Below are positions 29,601 to 47,655 of a DNA stretch of 64,000 nt, piece after piece (positions within the stretch are counted from its first letter, which is position 1; each line of letters begins with the position of its first letter). Position numbers and translations under genes: made by a program. The DNA is taken from NCBI RefSeq assembly GCF_009914755.1, contig NC_060925.1. One strand, 5' to 3'. Source of the DNA: the human T2T-CHM13v2.0 reference genome, Homo sapiens. Below the pieces are notes generated by a model. The model ran no database searches. It saw only the letters and a program-made list of their open reading frames with translations, and was not told where the DNA came from.

Positions 29601-32260
29601 ATATGGGCCCCTGTGTCAGATAACAAAGGTTTTCTTGAAGCATTAACTGACTCTTTAATAAAGGTTATAAATGTTATAAAAGACTTATGGAAGTTATATC
29701 TTATGATCAAGACTAAAATTTTATAGATTGTTTATAAAATTTTGAGAAACAAATTTAATTGGCTTAATGTTGTTTTTATTAGGGCTTACTGTTTGGGAAA
29801 TTGAGTCTCCTCTCTCAAAGAATGAAGATTTTCACCTTTTTTTGAAATCCTTGAGTTATCACTTTGGTCAAATGAATGACTTATTTTACAATGACCTGTA
29901 ATGTCAAATGTTTTAAATCTTTGATATTTGACAAACTTTCCAAAATAAAGATATAAATTATGTCTTTTTCTGACTTAATCCTTTAAGATATTAGGTTCCT
30001 TAAAGTTCAAAAATGACATAATTTGCTTATTTGGAATAAACGTTTTGTATATATATATATTATATATATATTATATAAGCATTATATATATAAATAAAAT
30101 ATATGAAACATTGTCAAATATAAAATGGTGTTTAAATTTCTTTGGCCTATGTTTGTAGAAATATGTTATTGGTATGTATTCCAAAATTATGGGAAACTCC
30201 TGTAATTCTCATATGAATTAGTGTACATTATTAGTAATAATTATAATTATGTTAAATTATCATGTGCCACAAAGGTAACAACTTTCCCTGTCTATTGACT
30301 ATGACTATGACTATAGTCTTTGACTATGGTTGCCCTAAAACATTTTGTCATCCATGGACAATTGTCTTGTTTTGGTCCTCTTTAAAAGGTAGTTTTCTAA
30401 TCAGCTATAAAATTCTAACAGGTACTCTTGAATACAAGTTTCTGATAACTTTGGATATTGTGACATTGGAATAGAAGAAAAACTTTTAGGACTTATGGAG
30501 AACTGAAATGTTCATGACTATCAAGCAGAACAGGAATTAACTACATGGGGTGAACTAATAGAAGACTAAAGTAATCTTTTTCACTTATGCTTAAAATGTT
30601 TCTGATTCTTTGTTTTGTTTTTTCGGTGGCAAATAAACTTTTCTTTTGAGCTACTGACAGCTTTTAACAATTTAATATACTCCTATGAACAAAATTTAGA
30701 ATATATTTGTTTCTCTCTACCTGATTTATCCAGAATTTGAAAACTATTTGTGAGTATCTTTAACTCATGTCAATACAGTTATTTGCATAAGTTCAATAAG
30801 AATCTGTTTTTATTTATAACAGGGCACAATAAGGGAAACTGGTTATTTTATGAAGGCTTTGGCTGGAATGGTGTGCTTTCCTTTAAGGAATCAAACTTGA
30901 CTTATGGAGCCAATAAAAGCTACTTGGGAAAACTGGCCTCATACCTTGTCTACACAGTCCCTGTACAGGATTCCTGATGTGTGGTAAGTAAAGCATGTCA
31001 CTTTCTGACAGGCCCAGGAGCCCCAAGTTTATCTTGGAATCTCAAGAGTAAAAGAATTCACCCAACTCATAGGTACTTGATGCTACAAACCCATGGCTGG
31101 GCTTGGCTTTAAAAAAGTCTTATTTGAGACTCCTTCTATAGAACAAAGTTCCATCAAAGCCAATTTAAAAGCCTGTGTAAAAAAATTATTCTTTCTGCAC
31201 TTTATACACATAATTAGGCCAAGTATAATAAAGCAAATTAATCCTACCATGATTTGTCTTTAGTAAAAGTGGGAAACTGGAGAGAGAAAAATTCTATTTC
31301 AAAAACTATAGTACAACTGTTGTTAGAGTCTAGTCTTGCCTAATGTTTTTCCATTTTTATTATTTTCTACAATTAGGACTGAATTCTAATGTTTCTGGGC
31401 TATAAGTCTTCAAAATGTTTTCAGTTTTTTTTCTTCTTTTTCCCCCATTTTTCCTAATTTGGAGTCATTGAAAACTAAGCTGTACTTTCATAAAGCCCTG
31501 TGAACTGAAGCTAGACAACTTAAACTTTAGAAGAAAATAACAGCAACCTATTTACATACATAACCCACTTTCATACCTGCCTACTAACATATAGACTTCA
31601 GAGTAATGTGGTCTATATCAATTCTCCAGGATTGTTCTTTTGTTATTGTTGCTTTTCTCCCTTTCTCTCCCTATTTTCCCTTCATAGAACATGAGACTTC
31701 ACAATCTGCCAAAAATGAATTTTCCTAATAACTCAGGACCTACCCATCTAGGAATAAACCATCCTAGCCATGAGAGATCAGATAAAACCTGAGGACAAAG
31801 ACTAATTTTCTTCTAATATGCTTTCTCCAAAAGATTTTGAGAAATAAAAAGGAGAAAATGTGAAAGGAAAATAAATCTTGAGGCTGCAAAATCACTAAGC
31901 TAAAGAGAAAAGTAAAGCTGAGAACTGCTTAGGGCAAACCTGCCTTCCATTCAATTCAAAGTCACCCTCTGCTCACTGAGATAAATGCATATCAGATTGC
32001 CTCCTTTTAAGAGGCTAATCAGAAACTCAAAAGAATGCAACCATTTGTCTCTTATCTGCCTATGACCTGGAGGGTCCCTCCCTGATTTGAGATGTCCCGC
32101 CTTTTCAGACCAAACCAATGTTTCATCTTACATATGCTGAATGATGTCTCATGTCTCCCTAAAATGTATAAAACCAAACTGTGCCACCTTGGGCACATGT
32201 TGTCAGGACCTCCTGAGGCTGTGTCATGGGTATGCATCCTCAACTGTGGCAAAATAAACT
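26643..32260 (+). mobile_element. MER4A-like non-coding provirus with two LTRs (26643-~27115 and 31858-~32260)
   Basis: Both LTRs begin tgtgaaaggaaaataaatctt; purine tract before the 3' LTR; AT-rich internal region without long ORFs. Confidence 0.82.
27262..27897 (+). mobile_element. MER50-like solo LTR nested in the provirus
   Basis: tgatacaggagctagaaagaaattatttaggcag ... tgcttca; 4-bp TSD caga. Confidence 0.7.
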
Positions 32261-32789
32261 TCACTTTCATCACTGTAAAGATTAAGCAGAAAGTCAACAA
32301 AAAAAAATCAGATCTAAACTACACCATAGACCAAATGCACCTAACAGACATTAACAGAACTTTTTATCCAACATCTGCAAAATACACATTCTTCTCAGCA
32401 CATAGAACATTCTCCAGGATAGACCACAGGTTAGGCCACAAAAAAAAAAAACTCAATACTTTTTAAAAATCAAAACCATATCAAGTATCTTCTCAGATCA
32501 CAAAGGAATAAAACTAGAAATCAACATAAAAAAAATTTTTGGAATCTGTAAAAACACATCAAAAAAGTAAAAAGATTTCAATTAAACAATCTAACAATTC
32601 ACCGCAAGGAACTAGAAAAGGAAGAACCAACCAATCCAAATATGAGTAGTAGGAAATAAATAATAAGGATCAGAGTAGAACTAAACAAAATAGAGACAAA
32701 AACAAACAATACAACAAAATAAAACATTTATTTTTTTGAAATAACAAAATCAACAAGCCATTTTCTAGAGTAACTAAGAAAGAAAAGAG

Positions 32790-33085
32790 ACTGGGCATAT
32801 TGACTCATGCCTGTAATCCCAGCATTTTGGGAGGCCAAAGTGAAAGGATTGCTTGAAGCCAGGATTTCAAGACCAGCTTAGGCAGTAAAGTGAGACATCC
32901 AACTTTGCAAAAACAATTTTTAATCAGCAAGACATAGTGGCTCATGCCTCTAGTCCCAGCTATTCAGGAGGCTGAGGTGGGAGGATCCTTTGAGCCTAGG
33001 GGTTCAAGGCTGCAGTGAGAGATGATTGAACCACTACACTCCAGAACGACAGTGAGACCCCATCTCTAAAAAAAAAAGAAAAGAA
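32790..33085 (+). mobile_element. Alu (AluJ-like)
   Basis: Diverged Alu dimer. Confidence 0.85.
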
Positions 33086-34002
33086 ATAGAAGAACCAAGT
33101 AAATAAAAACAGAAACAAAAAAGAGACATTACAACTGATACCATAGAACTACAAATGATCATTGGAGACTATTATGAACAACTACATGCCAACAAATTGA
33201 AAGGCCTAGAAGAAATGGATAGATTTTTGGACACATGTAAGCTTCCAAAATTTAACCATGATGAAACAGGAAGCTAGAACAGACTGACAATAAGTAATGA
33301 GATCAAAGCAGTAATTAAAAGTTTTCCATCAAGGCTGAAGTGGGAGGATCGCTTGAGCCCAGAAGTTCAAGGCTGCCAGGAGCTACAATCATGCCACTGC
33401 ATTCCAGCCTGGATGACAGAGCAAGATCCTGTCTCTATTTTCTAAAAAAGAAATCCCATCAAAGAACTCAGGACTGAATGGCTTCACTGTTCAATTCTAC
33501 CAAATTTTAAGGAAAAACTGATGCAATTCTTCTCCAACTATTTCAAAAAACTGATGAGAAAAAAATCTTTACTAACTCATTCTACGAAGTCAGCATTACA
33601 CTGATACCAAAACCAGAAAAGGACACACACATACACACACACACACACACCAAAGAAAACTACAGGCTGATATCCATCATACAGGAATGGATCAACATAT
33701 GCAAATCAATAAATGTGATATATCACATCAACAGAATGAAAAACAACCCATATGATCATCTCAATAAACACAGAAAAAACATCTGATAAAATTCAACATT
33801 TCTTCATGATAAAAACTCTAAACAAATATGATACAGAAGGAACACACCCCAATACAATGTCTATATATGACAAATCAACAACTAACATGATATTGAACAG
33901 GAAAAAGCTTTTTCTCTAAGAACTGGAACAAGACAAGAATACCCACTTTCACCATTCTTATTCAACATACTACTGAAAGTTCTAGCTAATCAGGCAAGAG
34001 AA

Positions 34003-34329
<327 letters not shown>

Positions 34330-35485
34330 TCAAATTGTCCCTCTTTGCAGATAATGTGATCTTGTATATAAAAAGAAAAAAACTAAGAACTCTGCAAAAA
34401 AAAACGCTTAGAACTGATAAATTCAGTAAAGTTGCTGGATACAAAATCAACATACAAAAATCAGTAGCATTTTTATACAGCCAATAACTAACTAGATGAA
34501 AAAATCAAGAAAGCACTCTCATTTACAATAACTACAAAAGAAATAAAATACCTAGGAACAAATTTAACCTAGGAGGTGGAAGAGCTCCACAATGAAAACT
34601 ACAAAGCAATGAAAGAAATTGAAAAGGACATACACACACAAAATGAAAAGGGATTCTACACTCCTAAATTGGAAGAATTGATATTGTTAAAATGTCTACG
34701 CTACCCAAAACAACCTACAGATTGAAAAATACAAATGGCATTCCACACAGAAATAGAAAACACAATCTTAAAATTTGTATGAAACCACAAAAGATCTTGA
34801 ATAGCCAAAGCAATACTGAGTAAAAAGAACAAAGTTGTAGCATCACACCACCTGACTTGGAAATATACTATAAAGCTGTAGTAACCAAAACAACATGGTA
34901 CTTGTATAAAAATGGATACATAAAGGTCAATGAAACAGAATGGAAAATCCAGAAATAAATCTATGCATTTATAGCCAACTTATTTTTAAGAAAGGTGCCA
35001 AGAATATACATTGGGGAACGGACAGCCTCTTCAATAAGCAGTGCTGGGAAAACTGAATATCTCTATAAAGAAGAATGAAATGAGACCCCTACTTCTTACC
35101 ATATACAAAAATTAACTCAAAATGGACTAAAGACTTAAAAGCAAGACCCAAAACTACTAGAAAAAAAATAATAGGGGAAATAGATGACAACATTGGCCTA
35201 GGCAATGATTTTATCAGTAAGACTTCAAAAGCACAAGCAACAAAAGCAAAAATAGACAAATAGCCTGTATCAAACTAAAAACTTTCTGCACAGCAAAGAA
35301 CATAATCAATAGAGTGAAGAGACAATCTGTAGAATGGAAGAAAATATTTGCAAACCACTCATTCTACAGGGGACTAATATTCAGAATATAAAAGGAATTC
35401 AAATAACAACAACAATAATAATAATAATCTGATTTAAAAGTGGTCAAAGGATCTGAATAAACATTTCTCAGAAGGAGAAATATCA

Positions 35486-36459
35486 TTTCTTTTTTTCTTT
35501 TAGGGAGTAATATTTTTACTTACCCACCTTTCTGCTTTCTTTCAACATTATAAACCAAATTACTATCTTTTTGACCCAGAGTTATGATAGGAACCATCTT
35601 GCTACAAAGTGGTAGCAGATATATGTCTGATTGTATGTTTTTATGGCCCCTCTCAACCTCTGGCTGTCACTTCTCTGTCCTTTCTCAGTTGTCCCTTAAT
35701 AGTCTATTCTAACCCCTGTAAAATAGGGACAAATCTCATTGTTCTGATGTTTAAGGGAAGGCCCAGCAGTAAGTCACGTGCTCAGGAAAATTCAAAGAGT
35801 TCCTCATTGTTCTTCAGTATAGCTCCTTCCATTTGTCATGGTCTGAGGAACTACTGAACCAGTAAACCAAGCACACGGGTGTAAGTCCACAGACCAGGTG
35901 AAGGCCTAGATGGTAAAGTACATGGGCTTTGTGACTCCATGACCAACTTCCAGGCTAAGGAAGGACTGACTTAGTGAGCAATTCCAAGACCACTGAGCTC
36001 ATGGTTCCCTGTGGATGTCTCCCTTGTACCTTCATCATGACCAGAGCTTGAGGGGGGGGGGGCTTTTCAATTCCCCCTGCCACACTTGCAACAGTATGAG
36101 GGATGCAGTAGAGGCCAAAACCTAAGTGACCAGCCCCAGGGAGTCAATGGGGGACACTGAAAACAATCACAAAGTTGGTGTCATTTGCTCTTAGGGGAGG
36201 CAGGGCCAGGGCAAGGACAGCAGCTGGTAGGTGAAGGGCAGGCCTGGTTCTCAGTAGTGGTAGTCATCCAGTTTGAAGGGGCCATCACAGGACATGCCCA
36301 GGTACTGGGCCTGCTTCTCAGTCAGCTTGGTCAACTTCACATTTAGCCTGTGCAGGTGGACTTCAGCCACTGCCTCATCCAGCTTCTTGGGTAGGAAGTG
36401 AACCCCAAGGGGGTATTTGTCTAGGTGAGTCTACAGCTCAATCTGCACCATCACCTGGT
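35486..36459 (-). pseudogene. 5'-truncated processed pseudogene of adenosylhomocysteinase (AHCY); C-terminal coding part 36459-36251 plus probable 3'UTR
   Basis: Minus strand reads [67 protein letters not shown], matching the AHCY C-terminus; in-frame TAG at 36433-36431; T-run near 35486 may be the poly-A remnant (3' boundary uncertain). Confidence 0.88.
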
Positions 36460-38811
36460 GTTCCTGAGGAAGAAGAGAAATATAAAAGTATGGAAAACAT
36501 ATTATGGAAATAATTGAAGAAAACTTCCCTGGCCTTGCTAAAGACCTAGACATCCAAATACAAGAAGCCCAAAGAACACCTGGGAAATTCATCACAAAAA
36601 GATCATCACCCGGGCACATTGTCATCAGGTTATCTAAAGTCGAGATGAAGGAAAAAATCTTAAGAGCTTTGAGGCAAAAGCACCAGATAACCTATAAGGG
36701 AAAAACCTATCATATTAACAGTAGATTTCTCAGTAGAAACTCTACAAGCTAGAAGGGATTGGGGCTTTATCTTGAGCCACCTTGAACAAGCAATTATCAG
36801 CCAAGAATTTCATAACCAGCAAAACAAATAAACAAAGGAAAGATACAGTCTTTTTCAGACAAACAAATGTTGAGAGAATTCACCACTACAAAGCCAGCAC
36901 TACAAGAAATGCTAAAAGAAGCTCAAATTCTTGAAACAAGTCCTGGAAACACATCAAAACAGAACCTCTTTAAAGCAAACATCCCACAGGACCTATAAAA
37001 CAAAAATACAACAACAATAACAAAAACCACAAGCTATACAGGCAACAAATAGCGCAATGAATAGAATAGTACCTCACATCTCAAAATTAACATTGAATGT
37101 AAATGGCCTAAATGTTCCACTTGAAAGATACAGAATTTCAGGATGGATAAGAATTGACCAACCAACTCTCTGATATCTTCAAGAGACTCACCTAACACAT
37201 AAGGACTCACATAAACTTAAGGTAAAGCGGTGGAAAAAGACATTCCATGCAAATGGACACCAAAAGTGAGCAGGAGTCACTGTTCCTAAGTTAGACAAAA
37301 CAAACCTTAAAGCAACAGTGGTTAAAAAAGAACAAGAGGGACTTTATGGAATGTTAAAAGGCTTTGTCCAATGGGAAATATCACTATCCTAAATACATAT
37401 GCACCTAAAACTGGAACTCCCAAGTTTATAAAACAATTACTACTAGACATAAGAAATGAGATAGAAAGCAACACAATAATAGTGGGGGACTTTAGTACTC
37501 CACTGACAGTACTACACGGTCATCAAGACAGAAATTTAACAAAGAAACAATGAATTTAAACTATACCCTGGAACAAATGGACTTAACAAATATTTACAGA
37601 ACATTCTACCCAACAACTGCAGAAAATATGTACTCTTCATAAGTGCATGGAACTTTCTCCAAAATAGACCATATGATAGGCCACAAAACAAGTCTCAATA
37701 AATTTAAGAAAATTGAAATTATATCAAGTACCCTTTCAAAACACAGTGGAATAAAACTGAAAATCAACCCCAAAAGGAACTTTCAAAACCACACAAATAC
37801 ATGAAAATTAAATAACCTGCTCCTGAATGATCACTGGGTCAACAATGAAATCAAGAGACAAATTTAAAAATTCTTTGAATGGAATGATAATAGTGACACC
37901 ATTTATCAAAACTTCTGGGATACAGCTAAGGCACTCCTAAGAGGAAACATAGTCTTAAATACCTACATCAAAAAGCCTGAAAGAGCATAAATAGACCATC
38001 TAAAGTTACACCTCAGAGAACTAGAGAAACAAGAACAAACCAAATCCAAACCCAGCAGAGGAAAGGAAATAACAATGATCAGGGCAGAGCTAAATGAAAT
38101 TGAAACAAACAAAAAGAAATACAAGAGATAAATAACACAAAAAACTGGTTCTTTGAAAAGATGAATAAAATTGATAGACCTTTAGCAAGATTAACCAAGA
38201 AAAGAAGAAAGAAGATTCAAATAAGCTCAATTAGAAATGAAATGGGAGATATGACAACCAACACCACAGAAATACAAAAGATCATTCAAGGCTACTGTGA
38301 ACACCTTTACATGCATAAACTGGAAAACCTAGAGGAGATGGATGAATTCCTGGAAAGATACAACCCTCCTAGCTTAAATCAGGAAGAATTAAAAACCCTG
38401 AACAGACCAATAACAAAAAGTGAGATTAAAATGGTAATAAAAAAATTACCAACCAAAAAACTCCAGGACCAAATGGATTCACAGCTGAATTCTACCAGAC
38501 ATTCAAAGAAGAAATGATACCAATCTTATTGACATGATTCCACAAAATCGAAAAATGGGAAATCCTCCCTAAATCATTCTAGGAAGCCAGTGTTACCCTA
38601 ATACCAAACCAGGAAAGGACATAGCAAAAAAAGAAAACTACAGACCAATACCCCTAATGAACATAGATGCAAAAATCTTTAATAAAATACTAGCTAATCA
38701 AACCCAACAACATATCAAAAAGATAATCCACCATGATCAAGTGGGTTTCAAATGCAGGGATGGCTTAATATATGCAAGCCAATAAATGTGATACACCACA
38801 TAAACAGAATT

Positions 38812-41032
<2,221 letters not shown>

Positions 41033-42268
41033 TCAATAGATGCAGAAAAAGCATTTGACAAAAGCCAGCATCCTTGATGATTAAAACCGTCAGAAAAATC
41101 AGCATCAAAGAAACATACCTCAATGTAATAAAAACCATCTATGACAAGACCACAGCAAACATAATACTGAAAGGGGATGAGTTGAAGGAATTCCCTCTGA
41201 GAACTAGAACAAGACAAGGATGCCCACTCTTACCACTTCTATTCAACATAGTACTGAAAGTCCTAGCCAGAGTAATCAGACAAGAGAAAGAAATAAAGGG
41301 CATCCAAATCAGTAAAAGTCAAACTGTCACTGTTTGCTGATGATATAATTGCATACCTAAAAAATCCCTAAAGACTCCTCCAAGAAAGCTCAAAACTGAT
41401 AAATGCACTCAATAAAGTTTCAGGATACAAAATTAATGTACACAAATCAGTAGCTGTGCTATACACCAACAGCAACAAAGCTGAGAATCAAATAAAAAAC
41501 TCAACCCCTTTCATAATAGCTGCAAAAAGTCAAATAAAATATTTAGGAATACACCTAACCAAAGATGTGAAAGACCTCTACAAGGAAAACTACAAAACAT
41601 TGCTGAAAGAAATCATAGATGACACAAATGAAAACACATCCCATGCTCATGGATGGGTAGAACCAATATTGTAAAAATGACCGTACTGTCAAAAGCAATC
41701 TACAAATTCAGTGCAATTCCCATCCAAATACCACCATCATTCTTCACAGAACTAGAAAAAATAATCCTAAAATTTTATATGAAACCAAAAAAGAGCCTGC
41801 ATAGCCAAAGCAAGATTATGCAAAAAAAAAAAATCTGGAGGCATCATATTACGTAATTTCAAAATATAAGATGACGGTGACCAAAACAGCATGGTACTAG
41901 TATAAAAATAGGAACATAGACCAATGGAACAGAATAGAGAGTCCAGAAATAAACCCAAATATTTTCAGCCAACTGATCTATGACAAAGCAAACAAAAACA
42001 TAAAGTGAGGAAAGGACACCCTATTCAACAAATGGTGCTGGAATAATTGACAACCCACATATAGAAGTACGAAACTGGAGCCTCATCTCTCAATTTATGC
42101 AAAAATCAACTCTAGGTGAATCAAGGATTTAAATCTAAGACATGAAACTATAAAAGTTCTAGAAAATAACATCAGAAAAATTCTTGTAGACATTGGCTTA
42201 AGCAAAGATTTCATGACAAAGAACCAAAAAGCAAATGCAATAAATACAAAGATAAATAGGAGGGACTT

Positions 42269-42616
<348 letters not shown>

Positions 42617-42968
42617 TTAGATTTCATATATTCTTAAATATGACACCAAAAGCACAAGGAACAACAAAAATTTTCTTAAAGAATTGGACTTCATCAAAAT
42701 TTAAAACTTCGTGCGTCAAAGAATACTACTGACAGTAAAAAGAACCCACTGAATGAGAGAAAATATTTGCAAATCACATATTACAAGGGTCTAATATCTA
42801 TAATACATAAATAATTTTTACAAGCCAATAACAAAAAGACAAATAAATCAATTTTAAAATGAGCAAAGGATTTGAATAGACATTCCTCCAAAGAATATAT
42901 ACAAACGGCTAACAAGCACATGACAGAGTTTTCAACATTATTAATTGATAAATGCAAATCAACACAAT

Positions 42969-44175
42969 TGTCACAGGCAGAGGGTGTTCAGGTTCTTGGT
43001 GTCCTGAATGAAGAATTGGAAAAAATGCATAAACAAAGCAAGGAAGGAATGAAGGAATATACTGAAAATGAAAGTACACTCCACAGTGTGGGAGCGGCCC
43101 GAGCATAGGGGCTCAAGGGCCCCTTTACAGAATTTTGGGGAGTTTAAATAACCTCTAGAGGATTGCATTGGTTACTTCGGGTGCACTCTATGTAAATGGA
43201 GAGACTAAGTTACAAAGTTAGTTACTTGGCCTACACTCTATGGAGAGGATATTTCCTGTCATAGCTGAAGTGTGAATTGGCCTTATGTTCTCTGTCCCCA
43301 TACTCTATTTTCCTGCCTCATCTCCCCCTGAGAAATGTGATCCCCATAAATCTTTATAGGAAGTAGAGGGAACAATGGTATTTTTTCTGTAACTGCCTCA
43401 TGCTGGCTTGGGGCATAGTCTCTACCTATTGGGGATCATGGAACTCTCACCCTGCTCTGTCTAGTGGAGGCAGGGTAGCTCTTTCATGGCCAGCAGTGGT
43501 GTCTTCACCTAGAACTGGCTGGAACCTTTGTTGCACGATCATCTGAAGCTTGATGGTCTCTAGGCAAGAAGAAATGAATTTGATTAAAAGATTTAATGGG
43601 AACTTTAGGGGTTGGATACCCATGCTGTCAGGAATGTTTGTTATAGAGATTTAAAGGAGAAAAACAAAACCTGGTCTCTTCTAGAATCTATGCATTTCCT
43701 TAAAATCTTAGCATAAATGACCCCAGTTTGGTTCGGTTTGGTTTAGTCTGTTGGGGCTTAGTAAATGAGCTTAGTCCAAAACAATGGCCTCCCAGAATTT
43801 TGTTTAAAAAATTCCCCCATTGTGATCACACTCTCATAGCACCACTCTCAGTTACCACCATTTTGGGTTTCCAGTCTCAGCACATTATTTATAGGTTATG
43901 GTGCCCTCATGGCTGCACATTTCTTTCAGCTCCTGTCATTCCAATTGAAGAGAGCTCATATGACATTCTAGAGATGGCTGCATGCAAGCATTTAAAACCT
44001 TTGAGAGAATACAGCGCACCAGGGAGACTATTATTATGACTATTGGGAGGATAATACCAAGAGTTTGGAGTATGCTCTTTACCCAAGGTCCCCATAAACC
44101 AAACCTCCTACAATCAAATAAACCAAAGAGTGGGCTAAAGAGTTTACTCACTTGACTAAGCATTTTTTTTGTTCC
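42969..44175 (-). mobile_element. MER61-like 3' LTR (42969-43320) with adjacent internal env-tail remnant
   Basis: Reverse LTR start tgaggcaggaaaatagag, preceded by PPT-like agggggaga; 43936-44181 'GLWGPWVKSILQTLGIILPIVIIIVSLVRCILSKVLNACMQP' resembles an env TM anchor and tail. Confidence 0.7.
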
Positions 44176-44325
44176 CAACACAAAGAAATGAGAATATTCA
44201 AGCTGATGAATGTCCTAAATATCCTGACTTTCTCATTACATATTGTATGCATGTATCAAAATATCACATGCACTCCATAAACATGTAAAATACCAGCAAA
44301 AATAAAAATAAAAAACAAGTGACAG

Positions 44326-44649
<324 letters not shown>

Positions 44650-45067
44650 TTATCAGTATAATGTTGTTTCTATGCCTATTAAATTAAAATTTTTTTTTAA
44701 ATGAGGGACAAAAAAACTGAAGTCCAATAGAAAAATAAATAAAATAAATCCAACAGAAAAGTAGGTAAAAGACATACACAGATAAATTATATATAAAATC
44801 TTAATGGACTTCAAATACATGAAAAATGTTCAAACTCCATAATTAAAGAAATGCAAATTAAAACAACCTTGAAATCTTATTTCCCAGCTGTCTGACTGGC
44901 AAACATTAAAATGGAAAATGGAACATTCTTTGGCATAACTGCTGTTAGGAATGCACAGGTCAGCACAATCTTTCCGTAGGGGAATTTGGCAAACCTAACA
45001 AAACTACCTGTGCATTAATGACCCAGCAATCCAACTTCTAGGAATCTGCTCTGAAGACATACCTTCA

Positions 45068-45745
45068 GTGTTAGTGGCAGCAGAGATCTGAGATACCCTG
45101 AGTTTTCCGCGGCATCCACAGGAGCCCACAGGAACTTCAGCTCTTGCTTCCTCAGGAGAAAGAATTCGACTGAGGTGCATAAAGCAGGAAAAGAGACCGA
45201 GGCAAGTTTCAGAGCAGGAGTGGAAGTTTATTTTAAAAGGCTTTGGAAAAGGAAAGAAACGAAAATTTGCTTGGAAGAGACCCAAGGGGGCGCCTGAAGG
45301 TCCAAGAGAGAAAAAAGGAGGCCTTTAACCTTAATCCTAGAACTCTATAGACTCGCCTCTTTCCCATGATTCTTCCCTTAGGGCGGGCTTTCCGCATGCC
45401 CAGTGGTCTCCTTGCCCTTTGAAACTGAGCATGCGCAGTGTGTTTAGGGAGTAATACGCATGCCCATCTCAGGCTTGCTTTCTTTTTCCAGTGGCGTGTA
45501 CCAGTAATGTCATGCTTGACATTTTTGTCTTCTTAATGTGCATGTCCAGGAAGTTTCTCTTCCCTGGGGTCTTCATTCAATGAACACTTCAATGTTTAAC
45601 AGCTGTGGATCATGAGGAGATCTTCCTCTCCATGGCTCCGGAATTATCATTTTTAGACAGGCAGTTTGATAATTGTTGAACCAGCACCTGACGTTTCTAG
45701 TGGGTGAGGGAGAACGCTCTCCTGCCCCACTCATGGCTATCTACC
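45068..45745 (-). mobile_element. ERV1 LTR (LTR9-like) within an old L1
   Basis: 'gaaagaattcgactgagg..gagaccgaggcaagtttcagagcaggagtggaagtttatt'; reverse start taggtagatagccatgagtggggcaggagag. Confidence 0.65.
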
Positions 45746-46626
45746 TATAAAATTCAGCAATAGAAAAATACAAATGCTCAAGGGTATTCATTGAAACATT
45801 GTGATTGCAAAATATTGGAGCAAACTGAAAGCCCATACAGCACAGAGCAGTTGAAAAGCCACACTGTGGACTCCGGTGACGCACTGCGGAAGAATGGCAG
45901 ACCCCATGAACAGAAGCAACAGATTTCCAGAATATACTATGAAGTGAGAAAAAGCGAAATTGCATAAGGGTATCTACAGTAGACTACTACTCAGGTGGGC
46001 CGCTCTTAATTGGTTGCTGTTTATAAAGCTGAGATGACCAGCTGGAGTGATCTGGACAACAGACAGGCCCAGGAGAGGCCCAAGTACCCCAGGGCTCTTC
46101 CAGTGGTGGGAGTGTGCCCCCACCAAAGTGTCGATGAGCAACCCCTGGAAGGACACACCAGAAGGTGAGCCCTAAGGCAAAGCGCACACACCATCTGCAA
46201 CTCAGCCTGGGCCGTTCCCAAGCTCTCTGGAGTGCTCAGGCCCCAAAAGGGGCGGAAATGGAGCGTGGAAAATTCTTTTGGCCAAGAACGTCTCTGACCT
46301 TCAGGAGGAAAATGAATGAATAAGCAAGCAAACAAATAAAAGCTAGAACCATCCAGGTAAAAAGTGACTACTTTAGCTTATACAGAAAAATATATAAACT
46401 ATTCAATGTAAGAAATAAAAAAGATAAACTTTAGTGCTATATTATGGTCACAGGGGAAGAAAAAGTGAAAGCAGGTGAGATGGGGTTGGAGAACACAAAT
46501 GAGGCACTGAATTCCAAAAGAAAAAAGACAAATAGTGAGACGAAGACTTGGAGGCAGGAAGAAAGACAGCTGGGAGTCCACTCTTAGCCAACACAAGATT
46601 GAATATACTGGGGTGCACAAGTACCT

Positions 46627-47190
46627 TGTAAACCAAAAATAAAATTCTAAGGCCTCCCAACCATCTGAATGGACTTCTCGTCAGCCAGGGCTCTTTTAAA
46701 ATTTAACCTAAGAGACTGTTTTAGGCTATGACTGTTTTAGGGGGTTGGACATGTCTCATTATACCTCTCCAGCATTAACATGGACACAGACTTTAAGTCT
46801 GATAGGAAACAGTTTACAACCTATCCTCTCCGAAGCCTACCACCTGAAGGTTTCCTCTGCAAATAGGAACTTGGGTCTCCACAATCCTTTATCTTAACCC
46901 AGACATTCCTTTCTATTGATCCCACGTCTCTAGACAAACTCAACAAATTGTCAACCAGAAAATGTTTAAATTTACCTGTAGCCTGGAAGCCCCCATTTTA
47001 AGTTGTCCTGCCTTTCTGAACCAAACCAAGGTACCTCTTAAATGTATTTGATTGATGTCTCATGTCTCCCGTAAATATGTAAAATCATGCTGTGCCCTAA
47101 CCACCTTGGGCACATTTTCTCAGGACCTCCTGAGGGCTGTGTCATGGGCCATGGTCATTCATATTTGGCTCAGAATAAATCTCTCCAAAC
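46627..47190 (+). mobile_element. MER4B/D-like LTR
   Basis: tgtaaaccaaaaataaaattctaaggcctcccaaccatctgaatggac ... tggctcagaataaatctct. Confidence 0.75.
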
Positions 47191-47520
47191 CCCAACTCTG
47201 TTCCTCCATTGAGGAAGAAGTATGGCTGTCTCTAGGCCCCTAGGCCACTGTGTTCACTTGAAGACGAGTTCTCAAATTTTGTATTGTCCCTTCCTGCCCA
47301 CCTTGAAGCCCATAGGGGATGATATCCAAGCCCAAGTCCCCACTGTGGCTAAAAGGTTCTAAAGGAACAGAAGCTGAGAGGAACCTGAGGGATCCCGAAA
47401 TCACCATTTCACAGATTCTATAAGGAACTAGAGACAGAAGGAAGCAGACTCACCCAGGGCACTCAGCTGCCAGCACAGAGCTGCAACCACTCACTCAGGT
47501 CTTTCCCTGGGGTTCTGTGA

Positions 47521-47655
47521 TCAGGGAGAATTGCATGAAATCTCAGGACCTACCTCCTCGGCTGTGTGACCTTGGGCTAGGCACTGGGTCAGGGAGAAAT
47601 GTATGAAATCCCAGGACCTACCTCACTAGCTGTGTGACCTTGGACAAGGCACTGG
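47521..47655 (+). repeat. ~67-bp tandem duplication at a MIR 5' edge
   Basis: tcagggagaa..atgaaatc.caggacctacctc...gctgtgtgaccttgg..aggcactgg twice, then the MIR core. Confidence 0.75.

Noticed and set aside
43936-44181. env-like ORF as a captured envelope gene
   Set aside because: Only the TM anchor and tail remain, truncated by L1 sequence.
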